A DNA stretch of 63,814 nt, the filler included. It is 5 parts of 5 records of this genome, joined end to end, with 100 filler letters (N's around TTAATTAATTAA, not from the genome) between each part and the next. Parts side by side here need not be neighbours in the genome. Positions count along the whole stretch, not along the records: positions 20,517 to 44,102 come from SRR20825019_581; positions 44,203 to 56,655 come from SRR20825019_584; 3 more parts are not named here. One strand, given 5' to 3'. Positions 38,516 through 51,300 of this stretch are shown in pieces. The notes under the pieces are model-generated. The model saw only the letters and a program-made list of their open reading frames with translations. It was not told the DNA's origin and searched no databases. The translations under genes and the position numbers were made by a program. Position 1 is the stretch's first letter; every line of letters begins with the position of its first letter.

Positions 38516-39928
38516 TCAAGGAACAATCCCTTAAATAAGCACATACTTCCAGCCGCCAAATTCGGCCGTAGTGCGTTGGTGACAGGCAATGACCGATTGG
38601 CGGAAGCACTATCTCCTGGACGCTAAGAGGGCAGGTGGAGTGTAGAACTCCGCTCAGTCTGGTGCAGTTTCGGAGGCTTGGGCGGCCACCGGGCGGGTAC
38701 AGTCGCGGACTGGCCCCATCCTCAGCCGTCAGTCTGTGGGACTGTCGGAAACCGCCCCCTGCTGGCCTGGCTGTCAGGGTGTGCGGTCCCTCCCGGTCCG
38801 GCGCCGGCCGCGCGGCCGCGGGGGTGTGGCCCAGCAGCCCGGCCGGCTGCCGCAGGCGGCAGGCCGCGCCTACCAAAAATGCCACTGAGGCGGCCGGCGG
38901 GCTGGTGGCGTCCCTGGGTTCTGTCCGACGGTGACAGTGAGCGCAAGGCGGGCCGAGGGTGGTGCGGACCCGCGGGGCATGCGGAGCCGTGGTTGTCGTT
39001 CCACGCCCTGGTCACGACGACGCTCAGCAGACCGAAGTCTGACCGGCAGAGCCCCCGGGGGCGGGCGGGGCCCGGCCGGGCCGGCTGCCGGGACGAGGCC
39101 AGTGAGCCAGCCCCGCCCGCCACCCGATCCTGAATTGTCCGGCAACGGGGTGGTGACACACACGAACTGAACTGCTAGTAACATATTATACACTGATAAT
39201 GACGGGTGGTCTCTTTCTCACCCAAATTTGGCGGGAACCGTCGGAAGCCGGGTTGGGCCGGTGACTGAGTGAGGCACTCAGCCGGCCGCCCACAAAGGGG
39301 ACGGGCGGGGGGCGGGGCCGCGCGGGTCTCGGCGGCGTACACTGCCAGTGCCCTACTCAGCGTCACTGAGAGCCACCGCCACCCTCCCTGCCGCCGCCTT
39401 TGCTGAAAGGCGGTATTGACTAACCGCCCGTTCCGGACCGGCCGGGCCCACGACTCGCTCCTAGCGACTCGCTCCCCTTAGTTGTTGATTGAGTTCCGAC
39501 CACCTGTAGCGAAGAGCGTAAGCAACGACCCGGCTTCGCGGCTCAGCCTGCCAGGGGCTGCTGCACAGGAGTAGAGGGCCTCGCTCACTGCCTCTGGGGG
39601 GCGTTCCGCCAGTCAGTGCCCCCCTTCGAGACGGCCTGGCGTCCTCTGTTGGCTCGACCCGTGAGGACGAGGGGCGAGTGATCAGTGAGCAGAATGCGGC
39701 CCCACTAGAGGGTAAGCGTATGTCTCTTTGGTGTTCTTGGGGCTGCGCTTTAGCTAGTCGACGAACTGTCCCCAAGTCATGTCACTCGGCCCCGACACAG
39801 TCACTCAGTGCTCGAACCAACTATTAAAGCGCAAGCGCAGTGATATAACTCCAAGACAGTTGGGGCTGCGTCCTGTGTTTTCTGCTTCTCCACTTGTTTG
39901 TGTTTTGCCTGAAACCGCCCAGGGAGCT

Positions 39929-41998
39929 ATGCAAGAAAAGTTGAGGAACTCACCGTCTTTCATAGGAGGGCCCTACGCCTAGATGCACTGAGACTATTCG
40001 TGTGACCTGTTACGATGCCCAATGGGGTTTCGCCACTCGGCCCCACCATAATGTCCTTGGTGGTGCTCCTCTGTTATAGTACCCTTGGACCGTGCACATA
40101 TTTTCTGGCGGATAGGTCCGCATTTACTATTTAAGTCTGCTGAGTACCATTAGTCCCCTGTGGTCATCCACCATGGACAGCCCAAGGGTAATTATGCGCG
40201 AGCAGTGTGATATGCATAGGAGAGCCTGTCCTAACTCGCAACTTCAGTTGTTATCCGCACTGACACATGCATGGAAGAAGACTCGAAGAGAGAAAGTTGT
40301 CACGCCGCTTGGGGACGTAAGTTCTCTGCTTTATTGCCTCTTGATGCTTAAAGGATCACACAGCCTCACCCGAATGGAGTAAGCTTATCAGAAATGAGGA
40401 GGTCTTTTGCAGACGTTTGCAACGCCCCATTTGAAGACTCTATCATGCGGTATACTGACGTGTTCAAAATAGAAGACAAAAAAGTGATGTATATATACGA
40501 CAAGAGGGATAGAAGGTATTGATTGGTTTAAACACCTAAGCTTGGGCTAATTCTGTTCAGAACCCGTGATGCTAGGAGACAGCTAAGAAAAGAAGATATT
40601 GCTAGTTTCAAAGAGAGAATGGAGCTCTCCTCGCTGGACCAAGGTGCTCGACGGCTGTCACGCACGATTTGGCTGGTTCGTTGCGATAGTTTACATATTG
40701 GTGGCAACCTCTCACTTGGAGTAGGCTGCCTATATAGTAGATTCAATGGAAAAGGCATTCCAGTCTTCTGCAAGCGGTGACCAATTGACTCCCAACCTCA
40801 GTGAGCTGGGTAATTTTCCCTTTGAAACGAGTGACGAGCTTGCGCCTAACATAAATGCACAGGGGTACGCATGAGAACACATGACAACAATCTCGCTCTC
40901 TATTCATATTTTCTGTTTGACAAGACAAAGACTTTCATCCAAAAACTCCCCACGTACTTCTCATTGCGGGTAAGGAGGGAGAGATGCGTTGGAAGAAGCC
41001 ACACCTAACATCGCTAAAGCTGCCAGAAAGTATATCCCTAACAAGTGCTGGACGACGCATTTTAGACCATCCAAGCGAGATATACCTGTCCAAAGAAATT
41101 ATGTCCATATTGATCTCAAAGCTTCAAGGGCATCTGAAGTCGCCTTGTAGCACCATAGAGCCCGATATCTCTGAGTACGCATCAAGACAAATAGCTAATC
41201 AAAATCAAAAGCGGCGCGACAGTGAAAGATATGCACTTGAAAAACCTGACTTGGTACAAGTGGAATGGGAACGGTGCCAGAGCCCAAGTCCTTCATCATC
41301 ATCGTTGTCTTCGGCACTAAGTTCTGCTTCGTCTGCATCGGGTTGGAGCCCCCAAGTTATAGAGAGTGCGCCTTGCGATGCCGGCGAGGCAGCATCTGCC
41401 AAGGACTCCAGTGAAATAACTGCAGGTGAAATTGCAGAGCTCTTTGTGGACAACGCTCTTTCTAGTATGCTAGTTTCGAAACTGGCGGATATGGTCGAAC
41501 AGAGGCTCCAGTCTACTGGCCAGGTCCTCACAGAACCTCTATTATCTCTAGTAGCTAGACATTCGCACATGTTTTTAGTATTCAACAACAAGCAGGCTGT
41601 GATGCTATTGAAGGGTGAGTTACAGGAATGGTTAACTTCCAAGTGTATTCTAACGATAACGATTAGATGTCTACGAATCAATGTTTCATGCTAAGGAATG
41701 CCTTGGATCAGGAAACGTCTCCTCGTTCAACCATGCCCCTATGGAGTCTAGGCCTAGTTGCTTCTACGGAACTGCCCTCAAGTATGATCATCGCAGCGAG
41801 AAGAATGTCTGCGTGATCCGTCCGAAGGCTATGCAGCCTGAGACAGTGGAAGTGGCCCCGTACAAGCTATTCTGTCCTGATCCAGTGTGGAATTCAGACA
41901 ACATTTCCTCGTCGTGCTGGAAAGACACAACTTGTCTTATGTCCTCTATTGCATCTGCTGAGTTTGAGCATGTTCAAATGATCCTATCCTCCCTTTAG
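39929..41998 (+). CDS. Probable multi-exon hypothetical protein
   Basis: Plus-strand ORF fragments (40984-41694, 41681-41998) with coding-like composition; exon structure not resolved. Confidence 0.35.
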
Positions 41999-42138
41999 AC
42001 GTGACTCGCAACACCGGATCTGCACTATATCGTATCGTTTGTATTACTGTATCACTCCGTATTGTACACAAGAATATGCCATCACCTATAGCTGGAATAC
42101 ACATGTCAGTCGCGTAGGGTCAAGTCCCTTGTGAAAAC

Positions 42139-43202
42139 TTACAATTTCTTGATAAACTCGTCAACAAGCATATTCAAGCTCCTTGCCTGGACTACATCTT
42201 CTATCGTCAATTTATGATCATCAGCCTCATAGTTAAGCACATGGTATATCATTTCGACAACATTCTCTGCGGCATTCCGACCTTCCGTAGCCAATATGGA
42301 AATCTTCATAAGCTTAATCACGTCTGCCCTAGAGTGCTCTCCAGTACCAGATTTGTCCCAGACTTTCCATATTTCTACACGCCCACCGCGATCAGCTTCC
42401 CATTTACTGAAAGAATGCCCCCCTCCCCTCCCTATCCTTTCACTTACTCTCTAATTTCTCATCCGGCTTCAATGGCCTGAACATTATGATAGTAGATAAG
42501 AGATCTCTCCAGTCAATGACGCCGGCATCTTCCTGGTCAAAACAGACAAAGAGACGGTCCTAACGGTTGTCAATCATAGAGATCTATTACTAGGAACGAG
42601 TGTTCATACCAGGATAGGGCGATCTCCCACCTTGAAAGCTCTCATAGCATCACCTGAAGGCCATTTCTATAAGCCACCAACAACATCGCCAAAGCAACCC
42701 GTACCTAGTTGTGGCTTGTCGATAAGATCTGGAATATTAGTATCACGGAATCGCTTCATGATCTGGTCCGGCTCCGCTGCGTGAACTACGCATAGAGTCA
42801 GCAATTGAGCCATGCCCTTGCCAAACGAATGAAGCACATACGTCCGGCAAGTCTATCGTCATCCCCTAGATCCAACAGTAAGGACTGTTTTTCTAATGTA
42901 GTTTTGGAAGCTTGCAGGCCTAGAAAGGGCCCCTGAACATCACTGAACGCAATGACCTCCCGTCTCATCTGCTCCTCCGTTTTCACATGCTCTTTCACTG
43001 TGGTGCCCGCTCCAGGCCCGAACCTTTCCGGTCCATCTTCGTTGTACATGATGGTTATAGTCGACAGTTGCTTGACGTTGTTGGGTGACCGCCCTTCAGT
43101 CGATGACCTCCTCAACAGTTTCTTCTTAGGTGAGGGAGACCCATGACTCCCTCGTCGTCCTACACTGGAGCCAACCGAGGTCTCACTCCCGGTAGGCTCC
43201 AT
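42139..43202 (-). CDS. Calcineurin-B/NCS-like EF-hand protein (degenerate loops), multi-exon
   Basis: The spliced product contains DRLFVCFDQEDAGVIDWRDLL...DEKLEEIWKVWDKSGTGEHSRADVIKLM, an EF-hand pair pattern. Confidence 0.7.
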
Positions 43203-44102
43203 TGGAGATCAGTATTTCTGCCATAACCCACTAGCCACATCCATGAATCTTTATAAGTGACACAGCAGGAGTGGGTTACTCCTAAGACAACAAACAGCCA
43301 GACGTCGCAGCCAATTGACACTATTGGTTTGGCTGGGGTTGGGAAGCCTCGGCGCGAACCTCGGCGGCCGTAGCCTCGGGCCTGGGCCCTACTGCGTGTT
43401 GTACGGATGCCAGTAAGGCACTCTCAGTCGGACCCCAAAGGCCATCGTATGCAACTACAACAATAACAACCACCACCTCCGATGACTGTATGAGCCGGCC
43501 GCCACGTGGACGCGGGCGTGTGCTGCATGTGGTAGGACTTGTTTGTGATCGCGCCAGCTGCTCCGTGGGGCCGGGCGTCACCGGGCGGGACTCGGGTCAG
43601 GCGGAGGATCGCGACCCACGGCACTCCTCCAGCGACCAGCTGACTCTGAGCGCCGGCGGGCCCTTGGCGGTGGGAGATGATGATCTCCCGATCGGACGGA
43701 TGGAAGTTTACTCAGCTTGCTTCAGTTGGACAATTGTTTAGAAGACAACAGGAGTTTTGCCATCCGACCCAGGCATCATGTAGTGCCTATTTTTGGTATG
43801 TTGACCTGTGACCCGCCGCTAGTAGCCACACGCCGACTGCGGTCGGCTCATCACGGCCGGGGGCGACGCCTCCCGGGCGGGGCGCCCGGCCTGGCCCGCG
43901 GCGGCCGCCGGCGCGCGCAGCGGGCGGGCGGGCGGCCGGCGTCACCTGTGCCCGCCAGGGACACCGGGCAGCGCCCCGCCGGGCGGGCCATCAATGCCCG
44001 AGGTCCGCCCGCCGAGTTCATCAGGCCCGTCGGCGTCTCAGTCCCGTTGCCCGCCGCCGCCGACGAGGGCGGCCCCGCGGGGGCGGGGGGCTGCCGGGGG
44101 GG

Positions 44103-44202
44103 NNNNNNNNNNNNNNNNNNNNNNNNNNNNNNNNNNNNNNNNNNNNTTAATTAATTAANNNNNNNNNNNNNNNNNNNNNNNNNNNNNNNNNNNNNNNNNN
44201 NN
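44103..44202. other. Artificial contig linker
   Basis: N44-TTAATTAATTAA-N44. Confidence 0.98.
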
Positions 44203-45608
44203 TCGCTGAGAGGGGAGGCTGCCTCAGGAGCAGCATCAGCAACAGCGTGGTCGCTTGTTGAATCTATTTCCATGGGCATCAAGCTGGTAGATAGGGATGC
44301 ATCCAACATCACTGCACCAACACCACCAGATGCTGGCGATGGTGGCGATGGCGTCATTTGTCGATGTGAGGATAAGGAGGAGGTTGGTTGTTGTTGTTGG
44401 TACCTACCACTCCGCTGTCCTAGGAGCCGCTCCCTGAGGAGGGAGTCAGGTGCTCCCCCTGCTCTGATTGGGGGTAAACCACCACGATCTAACCCCCCAT
44501 CACCATGTCCTGTTTGTTGGTTGTGGTGAAGGGGGAGGAGGCTTTGTAGTAAGGGCTTACTCTCAACAACAGGACGTGGCGACGAGACGTCATCGTTCTT
44601 GCCATGAGGGTGAAGATGGTTGATGTTAATGGAGGGTCTGACGATAAAGGTGTCGTCGTTAAGTGCCCTTCCTCCCCCGCCAACAACACCACCACGGATA
44701 CCTGCCAAGGTCGATCTACCTCCGTTATATTGGTGGTCAGTGTCGTTCCCTCCCGCCGCCTGGTGGGCTCTACCTACCAGACTACTATATCCGCCTTGAT
44801 TATTACTACCAGTCATTTTTCTGTCGACTACTACGGCTGTCAGGGAGGGGTATCTAGATTCGTCAGCATAGGGGTCGTCGTGGTGACTGTATGACTGATG
44901 ATTGTGGGATGGAGCAGTACCACCAGCGGTGGCATTGACCGATTGAAGAGGGCTGCGTGGAGAGGCGTGACCACCAGCACCTCCCTCAAACTGTTGGTGA
45001 CGATGTTGTCGATGGTCTTGAAGTTGCTGGCGCTGTTCAGGTGAAAGGGGGCTGTAGGGGTGGGGGACAGTGACACCTGATCTCGCCAATTGTGCGGTTT
45101 GGGTGTTGTAGTAGCGGTCGGCATACATATACCTTTCAATATCTAAATCGTCATCATCAGTGGCGGTTGGTGTAGAGGAGGCTCCATCTTCCTTGAATCG
45201 ATCACCACCACCATCGACCCCACTACCGGATTGGAGTGTCAGTGTCCTCTTTGCTCGAAGAGAAGACTCGCTGAGGCTAGCAGATGCTGCTCCAGGACTC
45301 ATATAGTTTCCCAGTGAGGATGAAGTGGATGACGATGACAGGGCATCCCCCTCATTTTCATCATCGTCACTATCTTCACTCTCCCAGTCCGGTGGCAGCA
45401 GTCCTGCGGCGGCATATACTTGATTAGCAACACGGGAGTGGTGGAAGTGGGAGGAGACGGGTAGCTCGTCTGGGAGTCCAGTTGTATGAGGTAGAGGGGA
45501 AGGAGGGTCCCCATAGGGCGATGCCCCCTCTACCATCCGCTGATCCCTCATGTAAGCGCTGAGGGTGTTGAAACGACCAGTCTCGGTATCATTTCGATTG
45601 TACTGCAT
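44203..45608 (-). CDS. Low-complexity hypothetical protein, 3'-truncated
   Basis: Intronless ORF open to the contig end; the stop at 44151 in the ORF track lies in the linker. Confidence 0.6.
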
Positions 45609-45936
45609 AACTGAGTGTGTTGGTGTTGGTGTTGGTGAGCGCTTTTTTTTCTGATTAAATGTAAATATGTGCTGTGTGTGTTTTCGATAAAAAGTTTACA
45701 GGGGTGAGTAAGTATGTTGTCTCAAGGTGAGGGATCTAATCTAAATTAATATGTATCCTTTGTGTAGAGGGAATGAAGAGGGAAAGAGCAATGTATCATA
45801 GTGCAGACCAATAACTAAAATAAACACAACACACAATCATCAAGCAGGCGCAAATTTGGAAAATTGTATTGTGTGATGTCACTAACTAACTATAAAACGC
45901 ACTTCCTCTCATTCTTCTTTTTTCGCCGCTATAATC

Positions 45937-48042
45937 TTAGAACATGGAGCTACCGTCCATGCTGCTGATGCTCTTCGAGACGTCTACTCCGTCGCTGGAA
46001 GAGACAGAGGGGGCACGGGCACCACCAGCGGTCGACAGGGATGCTGCCAATGCCACATCTGCCGCCATAGTACTACCCGAAGTAGCAGCATCACCACTAA
46101 CACCGACGACATCACGGTGGGCGTCACGGATTCCGCTTGCGGAGAAGACGCTAGGGTGTAGGGTCCTGGAGGTGGTAATCACACCAGACTCGATACTACG
46201 AACGGTGGGGAAGAGGCTATCAATCAGCTCGGAGCGCTTCTCGCGTTGACGCTGCATTGGGGCAGAGAGGGTGCTGGGGACTCCGGTGTGGGGGAATCGG
46301 ACGGATTGGGATACGGGCTTGTGGATACGACGCTGAGCGAGGAGCTTGCTCTCAAGGGTATCTCCAGGTTGTCTGAAGGTCTCCTCGACGAAGCGAGCAT
46401 TCCTGTCGAAGTGGAAGGTGAAGCCCTGCTCGGACGCGGTCATGGCGGTGGGCTTACGGTTCTCTGGGAGGTAAGCAACACGCACGTTTGCGTTCATATC
46501 CGAAGGCTTGGATTTCCTCATGTAAGGCATAGGCTGCACCTCGTACGAGACGGTCTGAGAGACGCTCAGCATCGTCAACCACTCTAGGGCCCTCTCGCAG
46601 TACATTTCGATGTAGTTGGGGGCATTGGCAACGGCATCCTTCTTGGCCTGCTGGGACTTAAGCACCAAGTCGGTCTTACCGTCGTTACGGAATCGAGCAA
46701 GACGCACGACGAACGATACATCCACATCACGGAATCGTCGAGATAGGTACGAGATGGCACTCTCGCCGGCATAGCGAGGAATGACGCTCTCATTCACATT
46801 GAGGCCATCCTCGAGTACGCCATCCACCTCATCACGGCCAGTAAGTAGCTGTGTTACTCCCTCAGCGATAGGTGTCACGTTCTTAGTAAGGGATAGACCG
46901 TCGGCCATCGAATTCTGGTATGCACCAATCTTCTCACCCTTGGCTAGAGCAGCCTGGAGCTCCTTTCCGACACGGACATGGATATCATTCTCGAGGAGCT
47001 TGGACTCAACGAGGAAAGCATAGAGAGTACGAGCCTCCTCAGAGCACCCATTATCTAACAAAAACTCCATCGCCATGACGGCCAGGGAATACATAGTCTG
47101 TGGCTCGATCTCGGCCCTGGCGACCTTATTCTCATAAAAGCGTCCACGAGCGACGTTGTACACCCACATGACACGGCTACGGTTCTTGGCCTTGATGGCG
47201 CACTTCATGACGTTTGTCAGGACTTGGTTGTCGCGGGCAATGTAGAAGAGCCTAGCGGATCCCTCCTCGAGGATGGCCACGGCATCCCCTAGCTTCGCAC
47301 CAGGGATGCAGGCAGCAGTGAGAGCACGGTACACCTCCACTGGTGGCACAGACACGAACTTACGGTACTCCTCGCAGGCAGCCTTGAGGTGGCCGCGGCG
47401 GGCAAGCTTGACGACCTTCTTGGCGAGGCGGACGTCCTCAGGGAGCATAGCGGGGCGGTTATCTTGAGACCCAGCATTGATCGGGGCAACACTCCTCCTG
47501 AAGTAGTGGTCCTCCTGGAAGAAGGGACCACGACGTAGCCAGCGGTAAATACGTCCTCGAGAGTGGATCGTGGCGGGGTGGAGACCCACACGGTTAGGAT
47601 CGTCGTGAGTGATCTTGTCATGGTCCACAACAGCCTCCTTATCGTTAGCTCCAATGTAGGGATCGTAGGAGTGAAGAAGATCGTGGGTAACACGATGACC
47701 CTGTCGGGCTGACATCAAACTGACGGGGGTGACGAGTGCCTTGGGGCCGAGGTCGATGTTAGGCATGTACTTCTCGAGTTCATGCTTGGGAATCAATGTA
47801 GTCTGGCGCTCTTCCAGGGAGGCAGTCTTCATGGTGGTGAAGGGGGACTCGGGGTGCTGGCTTCCAACGTTTGGGCGACCCTTACCCCACCACTCGTCCA
47901 GGTCCTTGGGGATGATGTTCTCCCTTCGGTGGATTGCGGATTGCCAGGGGGTACGACTGCGGGGGGCGTATTTAAGAGTAGCTAGGGTAGATTCATGGTT
48001 TAAGGTACCACGACCCTTAGCGAAGGTGTATAGCTTAGACAT
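45937..48042 (-). CDS. Helical-repeat (PPR-like) protein, possibly a kinetoplastid mitochondrial ribosome/RNA-associated protein
   Basis: 701 aa with strongly biased codons; PPR-like helices (PPVEVYRALTAACIPGAKLGDAVAIL; VLTNVMKCAIKAKNRSRVMWVYN); basic N-terminus; pyrimidine tract plus AG upstream. Confidence 0.55.
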   Translation of the reverse strand: MSKLYTFAKGRGTLNHESTLATLKYAPRSRTPWQSAIHRRENIIPKDLDEWWGKGRPNVGSQHPESPFTTMKTASLEERQTTLIPKHELEKYMPNIDLGPKALVTPVSLMSARQGHRVTHDLLHSYDPYIGANDKEAVVDHDKITHDDPNRVGLHPATIHSRGRIYRWLRRGPFFQEDHYFRRSVAPINAGSQDNRPAMLPEDVRLAKKVVKLARRGHLKAACEEYRKFVSVPPVEVYRALTAACIPGAKLGDAVAILEEGSARLFYIARDNQVLTNVMKCAIKAKNRSRVMWVYNVARGRFYENKVARAEIEPQTMYSLAVMAMEFLLDNGCSEEARTLYAFLVESKLLENDIHVRVGKELQAALAKGEKIGAYQNSMADGLSLTKNVTPIAEGVTQLLTGRDEVDGVLEDGLNVNESVIPRYAGESAISYLSRRFRDVDVSFVVRLARFRNDGKTDLVLKSQQAKKDAVANAPNYIEMYCERALEWLTMLSVSQTVSYEVQPMPYMRKSKPSDMNANVRVAYLPENRKPTAMTASEQGFTFHFDRNARFVEETFRQPGDTLESKLLAQRRIHKPVSQSVRFPHTGVPSTLSAPMQRQREKRSELIDSLFPTVRSIESGVITTSRTLHPSVFSASGIRDAHRDVVGVSGDAATSGSTMAADVALAASLSTAGGARAPSVSSSDGVDVSKSISSMDGSSMF

Positions 48043-48385
48043 AGTTGTTGTTGTGGGCTTTGTGTGTGTGTATGTGTTTTTACACAGTCACTAAAAATGC
48101 TACTTCTACTTTTAGTTTAGATTTAAAAAGGAAAAATAATAGGAGGGAACGAGATGGATAAAATGAAATACAAAAAATCATCATAGAACAACGTTGAACA
48201 TTTTTAAATCATGATATTGTGTCAATTTTGATTGGGGTAGCTATTGAAAAGTTTACTTCAAAGCGTGTACATAGTAGTGTGTAAATACTGAAGGCTATTC
48301 TCTTTCGTCGTCCCAAGTGTTACAAACCAGGGTGACGAAGGGCTTTCAATATTCACTACGTGGGGTGGGTGTTGCTTTCATACTG

Positions 48386-51300
48386 TTATTGTTGAGGTTT
48401 TTGTTTTTGTGGTTTCTGTTGTTGATGTTGCTGTTGCGCGGGTTTGGTGAGTGCTGCGGCAGCACCAGCAGCAGGTGTCTGGGACTCCAATATGAGCCTC
48501 TGCTGGAGCTTACTCCAAGCCAACTTCCTAAACCCCCTACTCTCCATATGTTGCTGCATGTCCACTCTATTAACATCGGATGCGTGGATGTGGAAGAGGG
48601 TAGATCTGCCGTCCGTGATGGCCAATGGGACCGGTGATGGGCGCATCTTACTCCCAGTACCATAATGACGATGTCGTTGTTGTTCATAACCAGCTCCTTG
48701 GTGTGGTCCTTCTTCTAGAGATTGACTAGTGAGTGCGGGTAGGGCAGTATCACCAATTGCCCATGGGAAGGCAGAGGTGGCGTTGACAAAGTCCACAGCA
48801 GCATACACATGTAAGAGGTCCTTCTGGATGAGAGCACCCTCCTTGGACATATCATGCGGGGCAGTAGTAGAAGTTAAGTTGGGAGTTGAAGCTGAGATAA
48901 TGGGTGCAAGTTCAACCAAGCAGTAGCGAAGTAATCCGAAGACTTCCCGTAAGGTGGTAGGCTGTGGTGCGGAAGTGGTGGTAGAGAACACCGGCACTCC
49001 AAGATCCTGAACACGGGCCAGTACTGCATCAACTGCAACGCTTCTGGAGTTGGCCACATTCACGGGGCGTCTATCTCGCAAAGATGCCGAGACTGTTGTA
49101 GCCGCCCGCGCTCCTGACGACCGAGATGACACGGATATAGTATCAGGTTGTTGCCTTGGACCAACGGGAACAGCAGCAAGAGGTGGGGTGGTAGATGAAA
49201 GTGGGGAGGCGGATGATGAGGAGCCACTCATCTGATTGATGTGACCTCCACCATCCCCAAGGGTAGTAGGTGGAATCAGGGGAGATGTAGGTCGGGTTGA
49301 GAGGTGTGTGATCGAGGGGGTTGTAGTGTTGTTGGAGCCCATGCCCAGGGATAGGTCCTCCACTGATACCCCCTCATGCTGTTGTTGATGATGTTGGCGA
49401 CGACTTCCACGATCCTCAGTGATAGTAGTAGTATTAGTAGTGGTTTGGCTCCCATCATCGTCCTCGAGGAGATATGGAGGTAGTGGAGAGACGAAGAGAG
49501 ACCTCCACCGACCTAGATACGACTCCTGTAGGGCCTTAAGCTCCACAGAGGTGACAAGATGCACAGACGGGTCACTCTGTTGGTGTTGTTGTTGTGGGGG
49601 CGCGGCATGTACGAGCTGTAGCAGATTGTACAGGAACCGATGGAATAGCCCCTCATCCCTATCACCGCTAGATAACGTCTCCATAGCTACTGAGCTTAAG
49701 GATGGCATTGGGGGCCACATGTTGGGATTGAAACTACCACCGCTATGATGTTGAGTACATCCCCCTCCATCGCGAAGGGTGGAGGAGGCAGCAACCACAC
49801 CAGAAGCTAGCACTTCGGAATCTACTGATGTAGATAGAATTGGGGAGGATGCGGATGCGGTCCCTCCGAAGCTTGATATAGACTCCGCGGCCATATGGAG
49901 ACGAGGGGCGGATACAGGCATGACGCCAATGTACTCCTTCCTTCGGTGGATCGCCGTTCGTACCCTAGCAGCAACATCCGATCCAATCGACTGGATCTTG
50001 GCACTGATCACTTCCAGTGATGACTTCCTCTTTACCTCCATGGCCTCGATGGAGCGTACCACGTCGATGGTACCGTAAATAGATGAGCACAGGTGGGAGA
50101 ATCGCGCATCGACATTACATCCTTGTAGGGGATCAACCGATGTGGATGCGGTTGATTTTGTCTTGATGTTGGCAAACATCATTTGGATAAGGGCCTCGGA
50201 TCGTTCCCTCGTAGGCTCTCCACGGATGTGATGATGAACCGCAATACCCTCAGTCTCGAAGTACGGCGACCCAGTCAGTGGCACTGTCGTCAAAATATTC
50301 ACCAGCAACTTCAGAATAGAATGTTGAGCTGGGGCCTTCATTCCCAGTTGTTTACGGTAGGTTGAGTCAAGGATGGCGGATTTGTCTAGTGCCGTACGGA
50401 CGGCATCCTCTAAGGTACCAGCTAGGCGGATAATCTCAACATCGTGTTCAGGACCACTTGTAAAAATGAGATGGAATGGGCTAGACATGCCCCCATCTCC
50501 ACCATCCCCGCCACCAGCAGCAGCACCTGCCCTATTTTGCTGACTTCCAAATGCTTGATCTCCCACAACACCACTCGTCGGAAGTGAGGGGGACATAACA
50601 TCGCTGACGCTCTGCTCAAGATCAACACATACCTGCTGAAGTTGCCTCACCACATTAATCGCAAGTAGATCATAAAGTTCGATCAGGGACCGTGAATATC
50701 GCATAATAAGAGCAAGCTCATTGGCTATGTAATCTGGCTCAGAGAAGCGTCTCCAAGAGGCCGCAGGGATCAACAAAGTATCATGACCTCCGCCATTTGG
50801 ACCTCCGCTCTCAGCAGCACCCCCGAAGTTGGAGCTAGTCCTGGAGACATTTCCTAGTGGAGAACTCAGTTCACATTGTGATGACGTAATATGAGTGCCG
50901 GTGACCTCCTCAAGTGCTTGGCGGATATCCTCTTCCCTCTGTCTATCAACGATATAATCATCTCCACCCCCGACCCGACCATCATCGCTCATACCTGCCA
51001 AGACGTAGTACCCACCGACGTTATTAGCCGATAAGAACGATTGTGACTGGGAGGGCGATGTGGATGATGGGCGCGGGGTTGAGTTGGTGGAGGGTGTGTC
51101 GTCATCGGCATCAGCCGCCTCGTGAGCAGCCTTGAGGAGACTGAAGAGGGGGCCAGATACCATTGCACTAAGATCAAATAGTGACAGTGTTGAATTGCAA
51201 CGATTCACAAATACACTGACACACATCTGCGCCATGATGAGGTTAGACTCGAGGAGATCGTGCGAGAAGATTCCGTGTTGTTGTCGGAGCTGATTCTGGG

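Noticed and set aside
39400-43300. Possible degenerate retrotransposon or pseudogene (fragmented ORFs)
   Set aside because: No RT, integrase or recombinase motifs were seen. The minus-strand part splices into an EF-hand protein, and introns explain the fragmentation.
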